From Macrostomum hystrix (taxonomy: Eukaryota > Animalia > Platyhelminthes), in NCBI GenBank assembly GCA_950097015.1, contig CATNEN010000038.1, forward strand, positions 18,848,001-18,912,000: DNA of 64,000 bases. Direction: 5' to 3'. The notes under the pieces are model-generated. The model had not been told where the DNA came from, did not search any database, and worked only from the letters and a program-made list of their open reading frames with translations. Positions 12,632 to 24,959 of this stretch are shown here, in pieces. The first letter of the stretch is position 1; every line of letters starts with the position of its first letter. A program made the translations under genes and the position numbers.

Positions 12632-14932
12632 TTAATCATGTTCAAACTCTTTGAACAATGGCACAGCGCAATAACAGTCTTTGCTGAACGATTCTACTGG
12701 AACAGCGATGCAGGGTCGATCGACCTCTGAAAAATTAACTATACGTTCGCGTCTGGCCGATCTGGGCGCATTAGACAGGGATATCAATACAAAATTGAAT
12801 GTCGAAGACTTTTTGAACATGGATTCCAGCAATGCTTTCCAATTAAGTAAATCGATGGGGAAAGTTGCTGCTGGTACTCGTAAAACAAAATCAAACAGCG
12901 AACCAATGGGATCCAAAATTTGCACTCGAATAGTATTAGGCTCGAGGAACTCTGCAATAGTGCAGATTTCGCCGGACTTCAATTGGCAAAGATGGTTAGA
13001 ATTTTTCGACGCACAAGCTGAGCTTGTCGAGAAAAAATGTCCATTAAAATAAGCAAGTGAGTTTCGAAGAATACCATGTGGCCTGGATGGCTCTAAAGAT
13101 ATAGAGTTAACTGCATCCACTACAATAGAGTCCTTAACACAAGAAAAGTAGTGATGTAGCAACTTTTGAAACAAAAACTTGCGAACAAGCTGTGGGCCAA
13201 ATGACACAGTTCCGCATAAGAACTTTTTGAACATGCCAATGGAGCTCTCAAATGCGAACATAGAATAATTAAATACAGGTCCGTACAATTCGTACTGTTC
13301 AGCCATATGCAAAAGCAGGTGGAAATTAAGGCGGAGTACTTTCGGTCCGAATATTTGCTGAGCATTGGAGATAAAAGCTTTGCATAGCTTTTCGATATCA
13401 GTCTTATTTGATTGGGGGCTATACAACATGTGATAAATAAGAACTAAATTAGTTAACAGCAGTTTCAATGGAAAATGCGAAATTCTCTGCAAAAACGTAG
13501 GAAGAAGAAAGTATAGCGCAAAGTTTTTAAAATGCTTTGCTTTCCAATCTGAAAAGCCTTTAAAATTTGTGTTGATTGTGATGCTAGAAGGAGTTATAGA
13601 TTGACGAATACAATTAGATATGAAATCCATGCAATTAGCTGAGCAAAAATACAACTCGCGCCTGTTTGCAGGTAATGACAGCTCTTCTAGTAGATACTTG
13701 GTGTGGCCTTCGAAAAAGCAGTGTAAACTGTCAATAGGATTGCAGCTGGGAAACGGAACATAGTCTAACAAGCAACTGCGCATCTTTACGCCAAAAACAG
13801 GCCGATTTCGAATTTGTGCGAGCCGACAGTGTTCAAGATGGGAAGATGGGTTTCTCAAAGGAAACAAGTAGCCTTCACCATAGCGGAAGATCCAGTTTTT
13901 ACCTTTCTCGGATACTTTAAAGCTCTCACCTGGGTGCAAGCACCTAGGACAGCTAAACGCACCATTGTACTGGTGAATGCAGAAGAGCTTAGCAAGAGCG
14001 GGCAAGTCACAAACAAAGAGTGTGTAATGGACATGAACGGTGTATTCCGAGAATATAAACTGTTTTGGCAAATTGTTCATAATTTCAGACAGAAAAGACT
14101 GGAAATGCGGGACTGCCTTCGATGAAACAAGAGCAATTAGAATTAAATTTGCAAAGCGTTGACGGATGTAAACAGGAAGGTTTAGAAGTTGAGCCTGAAA
14201 TGGCCAAAAGCTACTCTGAACAGATTCAAAAAAATTGGCGCCATCAGCTGAGATTAGAAGATGCAAGTGAAGCGACTTGCCAGAAGATAGGCTTAAGCCT
14301 TGTTCTTTAACTATTTTGGAATTCAAAACGTCTGTGTTTTTATCCTTTTGCAATTCTTGCTCATACTGCAGAATAGTTGAAGTGTGGCTGCTTAAGATAG
14401 TCCGCAGCTGTGGAACAATATTGAGCTGTGTCACAGCAACCTTTGACTTTGGGGAATGAACCTGACACTGGCTTTTGCATTCTGGGCAAAAGCCAAATTC
14501 AGACACGTCACTATCATCAAGAGGGCAAGTATCTTGAATCAATGATTTGAGCAACTTGACGCTATTTGGAAGAGCTAGAGAATCTCTACTAAAAATAGAA
14601 AGTAGCTTCAGGAGTCTATCAAGAGCAGCCTCTGAAACTCCGGAAGTAATTGCCCACTGAAAAATCAGAGCCGCCTGCACACTGGGATCTGAGATGGAAG
14701 CCAAATTCGCTAAGCTATCTGAACTCTCCTCAAGCACAGGCACAGCATTGTTTTCACCAATAAAAGTTTCCACAGCGTCAGGACAGCTGTGCGAGTGCGT
14801 TACACCGGCTTCGCTTGAAATTGAACTCCTATTACTTGTAGAAAAACTATTTGAGGGAGAAGAAATCGCCTGACAAGAGTAGGCTGAGTAATTAGTAGAA
14901 AGAGAGTGCTCAGATTCTGATTTACTAGACAT
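12632..14932 (-). CDS. EnSpm/CACTA-type transposase, 766 aa, intronless and uninterrupted
   Basis: CPEC; ISADG..F..SFWP; CDLPA; CPRC; PIDSLHCFFEG; WKAKHFKNF; NFHLLLH...GP...SMFAFES, all typical EnSpm-family motifs. Confidence 0.9.
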   Translation of the reverse strand: MSSKSESEHSLSTNYSAYSCQAISSPSNSFSTSNRSSISSEAGVTHSHSCPDAVETFIGENNAVPVLEESSDSLANLASISDPSVQAALIFQWAITSGVSEAALDRLLKLLSIFSRDSLALPNSVKLLKSLIQDTCPLDDSDVSEFGFCPECKSQCQVHSPKSKVAVTQLNIVPQLRTILSSHTSTILQYEQELQKDKNTDVLNSKIVKEQGLSLSSGKSLHLHLLISADGANFFESVQSSFWPFQAQLLNLPVYIRQRFANLILIALVSSKAVPHFQSFLSEIMNNLPKQFIFSEYTVHVHYTLFVCDLPALAKLFCIHQYNGAFSCPRCLHPGESFKVSEKGKNWIFRYGEGYLFPLRNPSSHLEHCRLAQIRNRPVFGVKMRSCLLDYVPFPSCNPIDSLHCFFEGHTKYLLEELSLPANRRELYFCSANCMDFISNCIRQSITPSSITINTNFKGFSDWKAKHFKNFALYFLLPTFLQRISHFPLKLLLTNLVLIYHMLYSPQSNKTDIEKLCKAFISNAQQIFGPKVLRLNFHLLLHMAEQYELYGPVFNYSMFAFESSIGMFKKFLCGTVSFGPQLVRKFLFQKLLHHYFSCVKDSIVVDAVNSISLEPSRPHGILRNSLAYFNGHFFSTSSACASKNSNHLCQLKSGEICTIAEFLEPNTIRVQILDPIGSLFDFVLRVPAATFPIDLLNWKALLESMFKKSSTFNFVLISLSNAPRSARRERIVNFSEVDRPCIAVPVESFSKDCYCAVPLFKEFEHD

Positions 14933-14981
14933 AAAAATAGCAATTCAAATATTCAAAAGTTACTAGAATTTTTTCCGCAAT

Positions 14982-16932
14982 TCACGGTCCCATTCGCCTT
15001 GAGCGGGAAATGGAATCCCCTGACTCGGGTCCAGAAGCAGCAGTTGAAGTTCGCTTTCTCGCCCGTGTCTCCTCCCTGGCCAGCTGATTGAGATGGTCTC
15101 GTACAGACTTCCAGATTTCGTGGAAGTCGTAGCCAGATGTTCGATAGCACAATTGAAGCAAACCTGAAAATTCACGAGTATAGTAAAATATTTTTACAAT
15201 AGACATTGTGTACTGTGTTTATAGTAGAAATAGGCTAAATTTAAAAGGAAGTTGATTTATGATGCTAATCATTAAATAGGTCAATGGGATGTATTGAACT
15301 TTAGAACTATTTTTCCTCAATTTCTTTTATCTCAGACCTAAATGTGTTTTTTTAGAAAATATCCCAAGTATTGGATTCAGATCATTTAGCATTAATTAGC
15401 CTAAATTGCTTTATAATAAAAAAATTGCACAAAACTGTGAAAAAATTATATATATATATTTACGTTGAAACTCTGTCACATGCTCAGATGGAGCAGGCCT
15501 TCGGGAACTGCGAGCACCACAGGATGAATCGATTATATGCTCAAGCAAGTAGCCTTCGCCAAATCGCAGCTTGATATACCTTCGGAGGAACACCTTAGGA
15601 TCGTTGCAAAGAATTGAAGACAGCTCAGCTAGGGAACCATCAATGCACCTAAATTCCTAAAAAATTTTATTATATAGTAGAACTTTTATACTACAGACGT
15701 GATGCTGCTGATGCTAAGAAAAAACTGACATACCTCATTTTGGTATTCTTTAATTGTTAGCATTCCACCAAAGTTGTCATCCTTTTTTAAAAGTCGGCAT
15801 ATCCTTGCAGCAAGACGCTTCTCAAGAGAAAGCAACTCGGATTGAATGAACAGTTTTAGATCTAGAGTAAGATATATGCTCATATATAAAAATATGGTGA
15901 TTTTGATTTTTAATAATGTGATTGTATCATATTAAAAAAATAAAATTATACCTTTCATTGTTGCATCCGATTCACTGTTTACTATCTGTACCCCTCGGAG
16001 GGGTTGCACTTCTTGAATTGCACCTAGTGATAAAAAAGGCTTATTGCTACAAAAATATTGACTCATTTGGTATTTGGTTTTCAATTAGGTGTAATAGAAT
16101 ATACAAACTTGATTCCAAGAGGCCTGTGGCACGAGCTTGCTCATTTTCAACCAAAGATGCCTCTCTCTCAAATGCAGAAATGGCTTTTTCTAAAAAATAA
16201 TAATTAATCAAATAATACAACAAAAAAAACAAATTGCAAACAATTAATAGTTCATATATATTGCAGTTTTACCCATTGATTGAGTAGCTGGTATCGCCAA
16301 ATTTGGTTCGCCACTTTCACTATCCACTTCATAAAGCTCGTCAAGTAGTCCATGCTGATGACAACTAGAACTTGAAGCAACCTGCTTTGAACTAGATGAC
16401 CTTATTGTCCTTACATTTGCAATGCCAGCTTGGGGATCTTTCATTGCAAAAAGCTCAATAGCTTGGCTAATCAATGAATCAGTATTTTCAGCCTCACTAA
16501 CCAAGTTGGAAAGTTGGTTCATAGTTGAAGCCATTTGCCTTTCACTACCTTTTGCCACAAGTGTAGCAGAAAATAGTTTGCCATACATGCGTAAAAAGAC
16601 TTTAGTCCCCTAAAATATAATTTAATAAAGTAATATTACATTTGTAGTTGGAATAATTTGTTTTAGAAACCATGTACTCAATAACAAAATATTATGCATA
16701 TAAATCCAACTTAAAATCTTACTTGTGCAAGTTCCAACTTTTCATCATTAGTTATTGTACTTGGCCAATAGGGAGACCCAAATGCAATGGTCACATATTG
16801 CTCATCATGGCCAACATTGTGAAGAATAAAGCAGAAAAACAATGCTGAATTGTCATTTCCAAATTTAGAAGTACTTTTTGTCTGCTTTCGAAGAGGCCTA
16901 GAATTAGATGCACTTAATCCAATATCATCCAT
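14982..16932 (-). CDS. Spliced accessory gene of the CMC element with a C-terminal BEN-like helical domain. Approximate exons 16723-16932, 16273-16609, 16110-16189, 15734-15861, 15464-15656, 14982-15164
   Basis: Consecutive GT-AG exons join in frame to ...GTKVFLRMYGKLFSATLVAKG...coiled coil...DPKVFLRRYIKLRFGEGYLLEH...RRPAPSEHVTEFQRLLQLCY...IWKSVRDHLNQLAREETRARKR. A possible extra exon at about 15952-16023 could not be phased. The BEN call is by pattern only. Confidence 0.6.
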
Positions 16933-18071
16933 AACAATTTCTTCTGAAAAAGTTTCACAAGGAGATAAGGTTTGAAGAATCAATCAAGAGGCCAATGACA
17001 AACCAATTAGAATTGTATATAAAAAAAATTTAATGTAGGGACCCTAGGCCCCTATGATTTTAAATAAAAATTATAATATAAGGCCTAGGCCCTATATATA
17101 GGCCTATAATTATAAAGTTGTGCCATTGTGGATTTTCTGATACAAAGTAGACAATATTAGGCCTAATTGGGCCTAGTCTAGTCTAGTTTTGATTATAGAC
17201 TGTATATTAGATACAAAGGACATGAAAGGTCTCGAAATTAAGTACCAATTACCATAATATACTATTATTTTTTATTATTTTGAAACTGTCAGCCTACCAT
17301 GTGATTTTTATCATTAGGCTATGGCCTAGGTCTAGGATGCCACTTTAGACTAGGCCTTTGGCTTTGGTTAGGCCAACCTATCATTATAAAAATGCAGCAA
17401 AATATCATTCAAAAATATACATCTAACCCCTATAGGTTATCTTTGCATCCCAAATATAATATATAATAGGGTTTCTATTTTCTAATATATCTACAAATAC
17501 AATTTTCACTGAAGGAGTGAAGATCAAAATTAGCATGTCAAAAAACCTTACAAGCCACCGAATTTTAAAACTAGCTACCAAAAGTGGAACTGGAAGTATA
17601 TAGCTAAGAAAAAACATAAACATAAACATAGCACATAGTGACACATAATGAAATGATGACAACATGCAAGAGTGACAGAGTCCTCTTAGAAAGGAAAAAT
17701 AGGCCTAGTAATTTATGTTTATGGGAAGTTAAGTCCGTAATTAACTAAACCGAAACAAAATGGCCAACAAAATTGCTGGTAATATATTCAAAGCAATTTG
17801 TAGGTGAAGCTTTTAACAAATTTATTAAACTATTTTTTGTATTTACAATTTCGCTTTTATTAAATATATTTAAAACTTTATTAGATATACATAAAATAGC
17901 CTGAAATTTTTTATAAGCTTAGTTATTTATTTTCCCGTATGAACTCCCTGACATGGATGATTTTACCATGGAAAGTTTTAAAAATCCATGCATGAAAATA
18001 CCATGAACATGCATGATTTATCAATGGATCATGGATCATAGATGATTTATCCATGATAAGAGAGTAGGGTG

Positions 18072-18478
18072 TCTAGGGTAAAACTTTTCTCGGGTAAAAA
18101 CAAGCTTAGCCATATTTATAGCAACTCCACCCCATTCCTTCTCCCATACTTCTGCTGCCGAGTTTGCTTGCAGTTTGGTGAATTTGAATGCAGTTGGATC
18201 AATATGATGGGCTTGTGCCATAGATATTTTTGTATCTGGTTGAGCTGGTGCCGAATTTGAATGGAGTTTGCCGAATTTTAATTTAGATTGCATTTTGCCT
18301 AATTTGAATGCATTTTGCCGAACTTGAATGCTGTTTGCTGAACTTGAATGCAGTTTGCCGAAATTGCTTGCAGTTCACAAGTATAGCCATTTAAATAGAT
18401 CGAGTTTGTCCGAATATGAATGCAGTTTTATTGAACTTGATTGCAGAAATGACGAATTTAAGTGCAAAAAAAGTGTAG
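18072..18478. mobile_element. Probable 5' subterminal region and end of the Tc1/IS630 element, displaced by the CMC insertion
   Basis: Degenerate ttgccgaatttgaatgcag repeats ending at aaaaaaagtgta; contiguous with the transposase leader once the CMC element is removed. The matching far end was not found. Confidence 0.45.
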
Positions 18479-19916
18479 TGTAAGTCCCTATGTCAGCTAA
18501 ATTTATAATGATTTATAGCGATGCATTTTTACTTTTAAAGCCAGGAATTGCGTCGTAAAATTGGCTAATAACAACTCGAAACTAACTTAGATATATAGGC
18601 AGATGACATCCAGATGTGTGCAGTGGCATTCAAAATCGCGCTTGCAGATAAGACACGTTTTTACTACCAAAATCATTGAGACTTCATGAATGTGCAAATG
18701 AATGAAAAGAAACGAATTTATCGCTAAGTAGGAAACATCTAGACGATTTCAGGGACATGCGACTTGACGCTCAAAATCACTACAGAAGGTGTGGTACAAT
18801 ACCAGATAAGGACTCAAATTGGACATGTCGAAAATGTAATTTTTGCATTTCATCAAACGTTTCTTAATGCATATCGGAAATTTCGATATTCAACGATATT
18901 ACCTAATAACATTGTTTAGTCGATTGTAACAAAAAGTACACAGATTTAAACAAAGATGAAATTTGACGCAATTCGTCATTCGAAAACAGATTTCTTTTTA
19001 GTGAAATGCATTTTCTCTAGCTGTACAAACTTCCTGTCTGTTAATTGCGCACACTGCACACTGCAGAACTTTAAACACAGTAAAATATTGTTCCTAGAAT
19101 TTTTTATTAAAAAAATCGTCCTTTTTAATTGTTTCTTTTATGAGGCATCACTTGACTTGCTGCCTTGTCTCAGCCCTCTCAACTGCACAGTAGATAATGT
19201 GACCAGGTTTTTACTCATTTTTCCTAGTCCTAACATAACAGGGTAGCTAACTAAGTTGACGAGGTACTAGACCAACTCTTAGGGTCTCCCAGTTATTGGC
19301 TAGGCCTACAATAATTGAATAGAAATCTGTTCTAGACTTCTAGTACTAGGCCTAGTATAATAGGCCCTATATCAAGTAGAATCGTCACTAAAACCCGAGT
19401 TGACGAAATGGCAATTGATGAAATGACTAGGTTCCATTTTTATAGCTAGCTGGGCCTACAATAAGATTATCACCAATTTCTTGGACTGGGATGAAGCAGT
19501 AGGCCTTAGCCTTATCTTAGACTTAAGCCTGTGCCGAGTGCTGTGACCTGTGACTAATATTTGGACATTAAAAGGCCTTTTCATTGCTTAGGTCTCTATT
19601 TATGCAAAAACTGTTCCAATTTGAAACATTACCTTATTCTGTTCCATTTGGGATTGCACTTAAACTTTAGCAATATAGTAAGTTTTAGGGCCTAGTCATT
19701 CTAGGCCTAGGCCTACTTCAAGCTAAATTTAAGTTTATAGCCTGTCAAAATTGATTTCAGGGCAAAGCTTACATCTGCTTCCAATTTCAGATAAACATTT
19801 AAAGTTTTTTTAACTTTATAAGCTAATATGTGTATAAATATAAAATATATATTGATAAATATAGGCCTATGATTATTAGGCAATGTTTATGTCATATTTA
19901 TTTTGCCTATTTTTTA

Positions 19917-20383
19917 TGGCAGTTGTTATTTGTCCAGCTAACCAGACAAATAGCCATTCAATTATTCATCCGGTTAACTGAGTTAGGCCCTATAACTTAT
20001 AACTAAGTTATAAGGGGTTGTAGCGCTACCATAAGAACCTCTATCATTTGTAAGATGAAATAATTAACAAGCTGCAAAAGGACAGTCATTCAGATTTGAA
20101 GTTTGTGCCTCAAATTATTTTTGCTTATCAGCTAATTAAAAAAATTAAAAACTTTTCCAGAAATTCTGTTGTTTCAGGGACTAACTTAGTTCAAGGGTAT
20201 TGTTTGGTCTTTGTGAGGTCAAGACTCAAGATGGCTCTCAGCAGGGCAAGAGTGGTCTTTGGGAGGATCATTGTACCTGCTCGTTGAAAGGGGAGAAATT
20301 AAGTCCTTGGGTGGTTAACCTGTTAACCGGATGAATAATCAAATGGCTATTTGTCTGGTTAACTGGACAAATAACAACTACCA
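19917..20383. mobile_element. MITE with about 62-bp terminal inverted repeats
   Basis: tggcagttgttatttgtccagctaaccagacaaatagccatt...ccggttaac inverted at 20322-20383; ttttta on both flanks (possible TSD). Confidence 0.8.
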
Positions 20384-21909
20384 TTTTTATACTGAAGAAG
20401 TATCAATTATGAACAAAGAAAACAATAACAGTAGGCATTCTATGCAGTTATTGCCTTAGTTACAGCACAAAATTTGTTTACAGAAGATATGAGTGAGTAA
20501 TCTAGTAAAGAATTTCATAAACACATTGTAAGGGTACAGCCTTTCAAGCTCTTCTACACGACTTTCTATGTTTGTTGTGTAGTGTTAAAAGTAAAGCTGT
20601 AAGAGAGGCAAATATGAGCCAGCTCTCATGTCAAACAATTTTCCTTGGTTTTTTTCCCATAGAAAAGTGTAGTGTAACTACTTGGCTCAAATTTAAACTT
20701 GGTTCAAACATGAGCAGTTTATCCTTCTAAGGCACTGGTATCTTAATTTTCCAGTCTTCACTGGACATTTATCCAGGATTAGAGGGTCACAACCTTAATC
20801 TATGCTTTTCTCTATACAATGAGCACAAGCTCTTTCTCACAATGACCAACAGAACAATTTTGCTATTTAATGCTTGTCCTCAGTTTTTGCCTATATTTTT
20901 TAGGCTCATTGGCAAGTTGTATTTTATTATAAAATGAACTCTCCTTTTATTCTGTTTGTGAGTTTACATTGGTTTTAATAGAAGTAATTTCATAGTATAT
21001 TCTATGCTTAATGCTTAAAGTAAATAGAATCATGTTATAAATCTAAATTTGTAGCATAGCAAGTGCTAAAACTTTGTCAAATTGAAAATTGCTTGGCCCC
21101 AATCTAGTCAAATCTGTGGGGCTAATTAGGAAGTTTTAGACATTGTAGTATTGAACTTTTTACAAGGCCTAAGGGAGGCTAAGGCTTAAGTAAAGTCTTA
21201 TATGTAATCTAATGTCTTAGTAAAGCCTGGTACTTTGTAGCCTTGCTAAGGTTTTACTTTTATTTATTGGTAATCAAATCATATATGATGTACACACCTG
21301 TGTTAGTATACGCCTATATATAGTATCTATAGAGTCAAGCAGCATAGCCTCCTCATTGGCTGAGTCTACTGTCACCAAGGGTGTGCCAGTGCCCCCAACC
21401 CTGCTAATAGGCCTAGTAATAAATTCCATTGATGATGTGCTTATAATAATTTATTTTTAATTGAGGTAGACTAGAAAGATGGCTTGGCTTACTAGCAATA
21501 CAGGGTATGTTTTCTATGCTCTTTAATCTAACTGTGCTTGCAGCTTTTAATTTGGCACAAGTCAATATTTGTTATATAAGTTATATAAGTCATTTTTTAG
21601 TTTAGTAAGTTTAGTAGCTATCCAGTCTATCCTGGTTCCAAGCTTTCCAGTCTTTCTTTGCCTAATATAAGTTTTTCGAGCTTTTTATGTTTTTTGGTTC
21701 TAGCAATAATTCCTTAATAAATCGTGTCCATTATCTGTACTTTTTTTCAGTATCCAAAACTCAGGCTGTCTTCCTAGTACTATTGTCTAATTTACTTAGC
21801 AGTGTTGTGTAAGTTTTAGGCCACTGTATTGTAGCCGAAGCTTCGTCCACCTTAGTCTTCATTTTCTTAACAAAAAAGTTATAATAAAAATAAGTATTTA
21901 ACAAATCTA

Positions 21910-24279
21910 ATGGCTCGCAAAAAGAACATTTCGGACGAAGCATCCGAGCAAAATCATCAGCAGCAATCCCCGCCTAATCAGCATCAGCAGTCGAGGCATC
22001 ATCATAGATCATCTAATAAGCATAGTCACAATAATCGTCGCAGCAACAATAACTCATACTTGGAAGACGATGATAATTATCCATCATTTCTAATGCAATT
22101 AGAACAACTGGGTTTGGAAATTCGCGATATTCCAGGTTAGTGCAGACGCTTTTCAAACTTTCAAATGGTGCTTTTAGCCTTAATTCCATAGTGCTTCAAT
22201 TCGGCCAGTTGCAAAATAATTACCAGCATTAGCTGAAGTAGAGATTTGGTCTGACCTTTCTATTTACCAACTATAGAGTCTGGCTCTCCTAACATACTTT
22301 TATCACCCCAATAATGCTATCCTCGTTAGGCGATGGCAACTGTTTATTTCGCGCACTCGGCGATCAACTAGAAGGCAGCGACGCCTTGCACATGCAGCAT
22401 CGGGCCAATGTCTGCACCTACATGCTAGAACACAAAGAAGACTTTGCGCCATTTGTTGACGATTCAACTAGCTTTGAAGACTATGTTAGGGAACTAGCTA
22501 GACCCGGCACTTATGCCGGCAATGACGCCATTGTAGCATTTGCTCGCCTGCACAAACTTAACATTGTTATTCATCAATTGAATTCGCCGCCTTGGCAAAT
22601 CGGCGGCGGCGGCACCAATACCGATAGCGTTGTCATGACAACCGGAGGACCTAATAGCTTGCAATTGCACCTGGCCTATCACAACGGTGAACATTATTCC
22701 AGTATTCGACGATTGGGCGATAGATCGGCTACGCCTGCGAAAGTGTCTATTAAATTCGATCAGGCCGCGGCTACGCCTATTGTTGGTGGTAAATCGCCTA
22801 AGTCTTTGAATTCGGTAGCATCGGCGGCGGCAATATCTGTGGCAACTGGACACGGTGGCAGGGTTGGCGCGGAGCCTTCATCCAGTGAAATCAATAGCCT
22901 AGTGGCTGATGTAGCCAGCCGTACAGGCTGCGATGATGTAGATCTAATTGTCGAATCGCTCAGAGATTTACAATTCGATCCAGATGAAACTGCCGCCTAC
23001 GTGTTCCAGGTAAAGGTATAAAGTGCCTGTTTGTACTTTAATATGAGGTTATAAAGTTCGAATCGCTGCTTGAGATACGAGTATTTTAGTACTTTAATGC
23101 TATTTTTTATTTGTGGTTCGTCAGAAAAAAGCGACTTAGCTACTTTACTACATTAAAAGCAATCTTAGCTACTTCAAAAGCAATCTTAGCTACTTCAAAA
23201 GCTACTTGTCTACGTCAAAAGCTACTTGTCAACGTCAAATGCTACTTGTCTACGTCAAAAGCTACTTGTCAACGTCAAATGCTACTTGTCTACGTCAAAA
23301 GCTACTTGTCTACGTCAAAAGCTACTTGTCTACGTCAAAAGCTACTTGTCTACGTCAAAAGCTACTTGTCTACGTCAAAAGCTACTTAGCTACTTTACTA
23401 CATTAAAAGCTTTCTAAGCTACTTCAAAAGCTACTTGTCTACGTCAAAGGCCAACTTAGTGGCAGAGCGGTTAACGCGCTTGCCTCTCGCGTCCCTAAGT
23501 TCGATTCCACGGCGAGGCCACATTTATTTGGGGCGAAGCCGCGGAGAGAAGGCTTGGGGGCTTGTCGTGTAATTTACGCCCTTGAGGGCCAACGTCCAAG
23601 GCACAGTGAGAGTGTACACTGCCTGACGATAAGTCAGGGCAGATGTACTCGTACGCACCTGTGAATGTATGCCTGCGCACGGTATCTGTATGCGTGTGTG
23701 CTCAGGAGTCAGCGAAATGGACAGAATTGCCTCCTCGCTGGCTGCGGGTCTAATGTCACTAAATTATGTGCCACTGCCCGCAGCCCTCCTGCAATTATTA
23801 TTATTATTATTAAGGCTAACTTAGTTGCATCAAAAGCTAAAACGCACTCGTAGCTGCTTCAAAAGCTAGCTTAGCGAAGCTAAAACTTATTTATGTCAAT
23901 AGCTACTTTATAACTACTCTCGTACAGTTAGATACAATCACGCGACGTTTAAGTCTCAATTAAAACGTGGAGCAATAATTGAATTGAATCACAATCGCAG
24001 GTGCTAGAGTCTCGAGTTGACGATCTAGTTGGCGTCGATTCCATTGAACCGGTCGTATTGTCGCAGCATCAGCAGCAGAAACAGCAGCAGCAAATGAAAA
24101 GGCGCGAGATGAAACAAATAAAAAAGGATCGCGCCACAGAGCGGCATCGTAGGTCGCATCTGCAGCAAAGGTCACCTGACGATCACAATGTCAGTGCTAA
24201 TCCAAATAAGACTAACAGCGGCCAATCAGAATCGTCGGCATCGTTGATTCAAGCCGCCTCGCAACTGCTGCAGCTGTGA
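21910..24279 (+). CDS. OTUD3: OTU-domain deubiquitinase OTUD3-like. Exons 21910-22135, 22330-23009, 24001-24279
   Basis: IRDIPG|DGNCLFRALGDQLEG (catalytic Cys), FAPFVDD, PGTYAGNDAIVAFAR, IHQLNSPPWQI, LAYHNGEHYSS (His), UBA-like helical region, basic C-tail. Confidence 0.92.
23150..23450. repeat. 20-bp minisatellite (gctacttgtctacgtcaaaa)
   Basis: Tandem copies in OTUD3 intron 2. Confidence 0.93.
23456..23812 (+). mobile_element. tRNA-derived SINE family A; near-complete copy with (att)n tail
   Basis: A-box tggcagagcgg, B-box gttcgattcc, shared body, ttattatta tail. Other copies near 270-430(-), 27915-28228(-), 33750-34050(+), 50045-50370(+), 50395-50588(-), 52355-52642(+), 57230-57347(-). 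Confidence 0.8.
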
Positions 24280-24959
24280 TTGACGTGCAAAGCAAAGTAA
24301 AGAAGGCTAACGTTTTTTATTGATATTGAAATAATAATAATCAGTTTATTTAGTTATTTACTTTTTTAAATAAGAAAGCTGCAACGCCATGAATCAGGTC
24401 GGGAGTTCGAATCCCAGCCTAAATAGGAAGACACACGATACCATAGCGAATTCTCAATTCGTCCTGCTGGTTAGAAATGGTATCAGCATTTGCTGGGCGG
24501 TATACGTTTGTTTCCATGTGAGTTATCTTCTGAAAGGGCTCGGTGGATAATTTGTTGAAATACTGCCAACTTCCTTGGAACAACTGTTACAGACTTTGAT
24601 TCTGTTTCATTGCAGCTTTTTTATGCCAGACCGAAAGCTTAAATTAATAAACTAGGTGGCTATACGGCTGTTCATCCAAGTCTCAATTTGGTTTATTGAA
24701 AATCAATTTTTCATTCTAAATTGCACATTTTTTTATTAACTGCGTCGGTTGCATCATCAGTATCAGTAATAACTTTGTCTTATTTTTATTAAGCTGTCCG
24801 CGAATAGATTCTTATTTGGTTTCTCGACTGAGACATCCCCCGCAATAAGTTTATTTAAAACTTATATTATTTAAGATTCATTTTATTTTTTTTTTGCTTT
24901 ACCTTGACCTGCGTAAAGCTGCTTTCTATATCATTGATCATAGAATGTGGGAGATGCTA

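Larger units (their letters stand above)
11412..18069 (-). mobile_element. CMC/EnSpm (CACTA-like) DNA transposon, apparently full length (6658 bp)
   Basis: Imperfect TIRs ccctactctccttgcatggataaatcat / atgatttatccatgataagagagtaggg; 2-bp TSD TG (11410-11, 18070-71); catggat/atccatg subterminal repeats at both ends; internal transposase. Confidence 0.88.
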
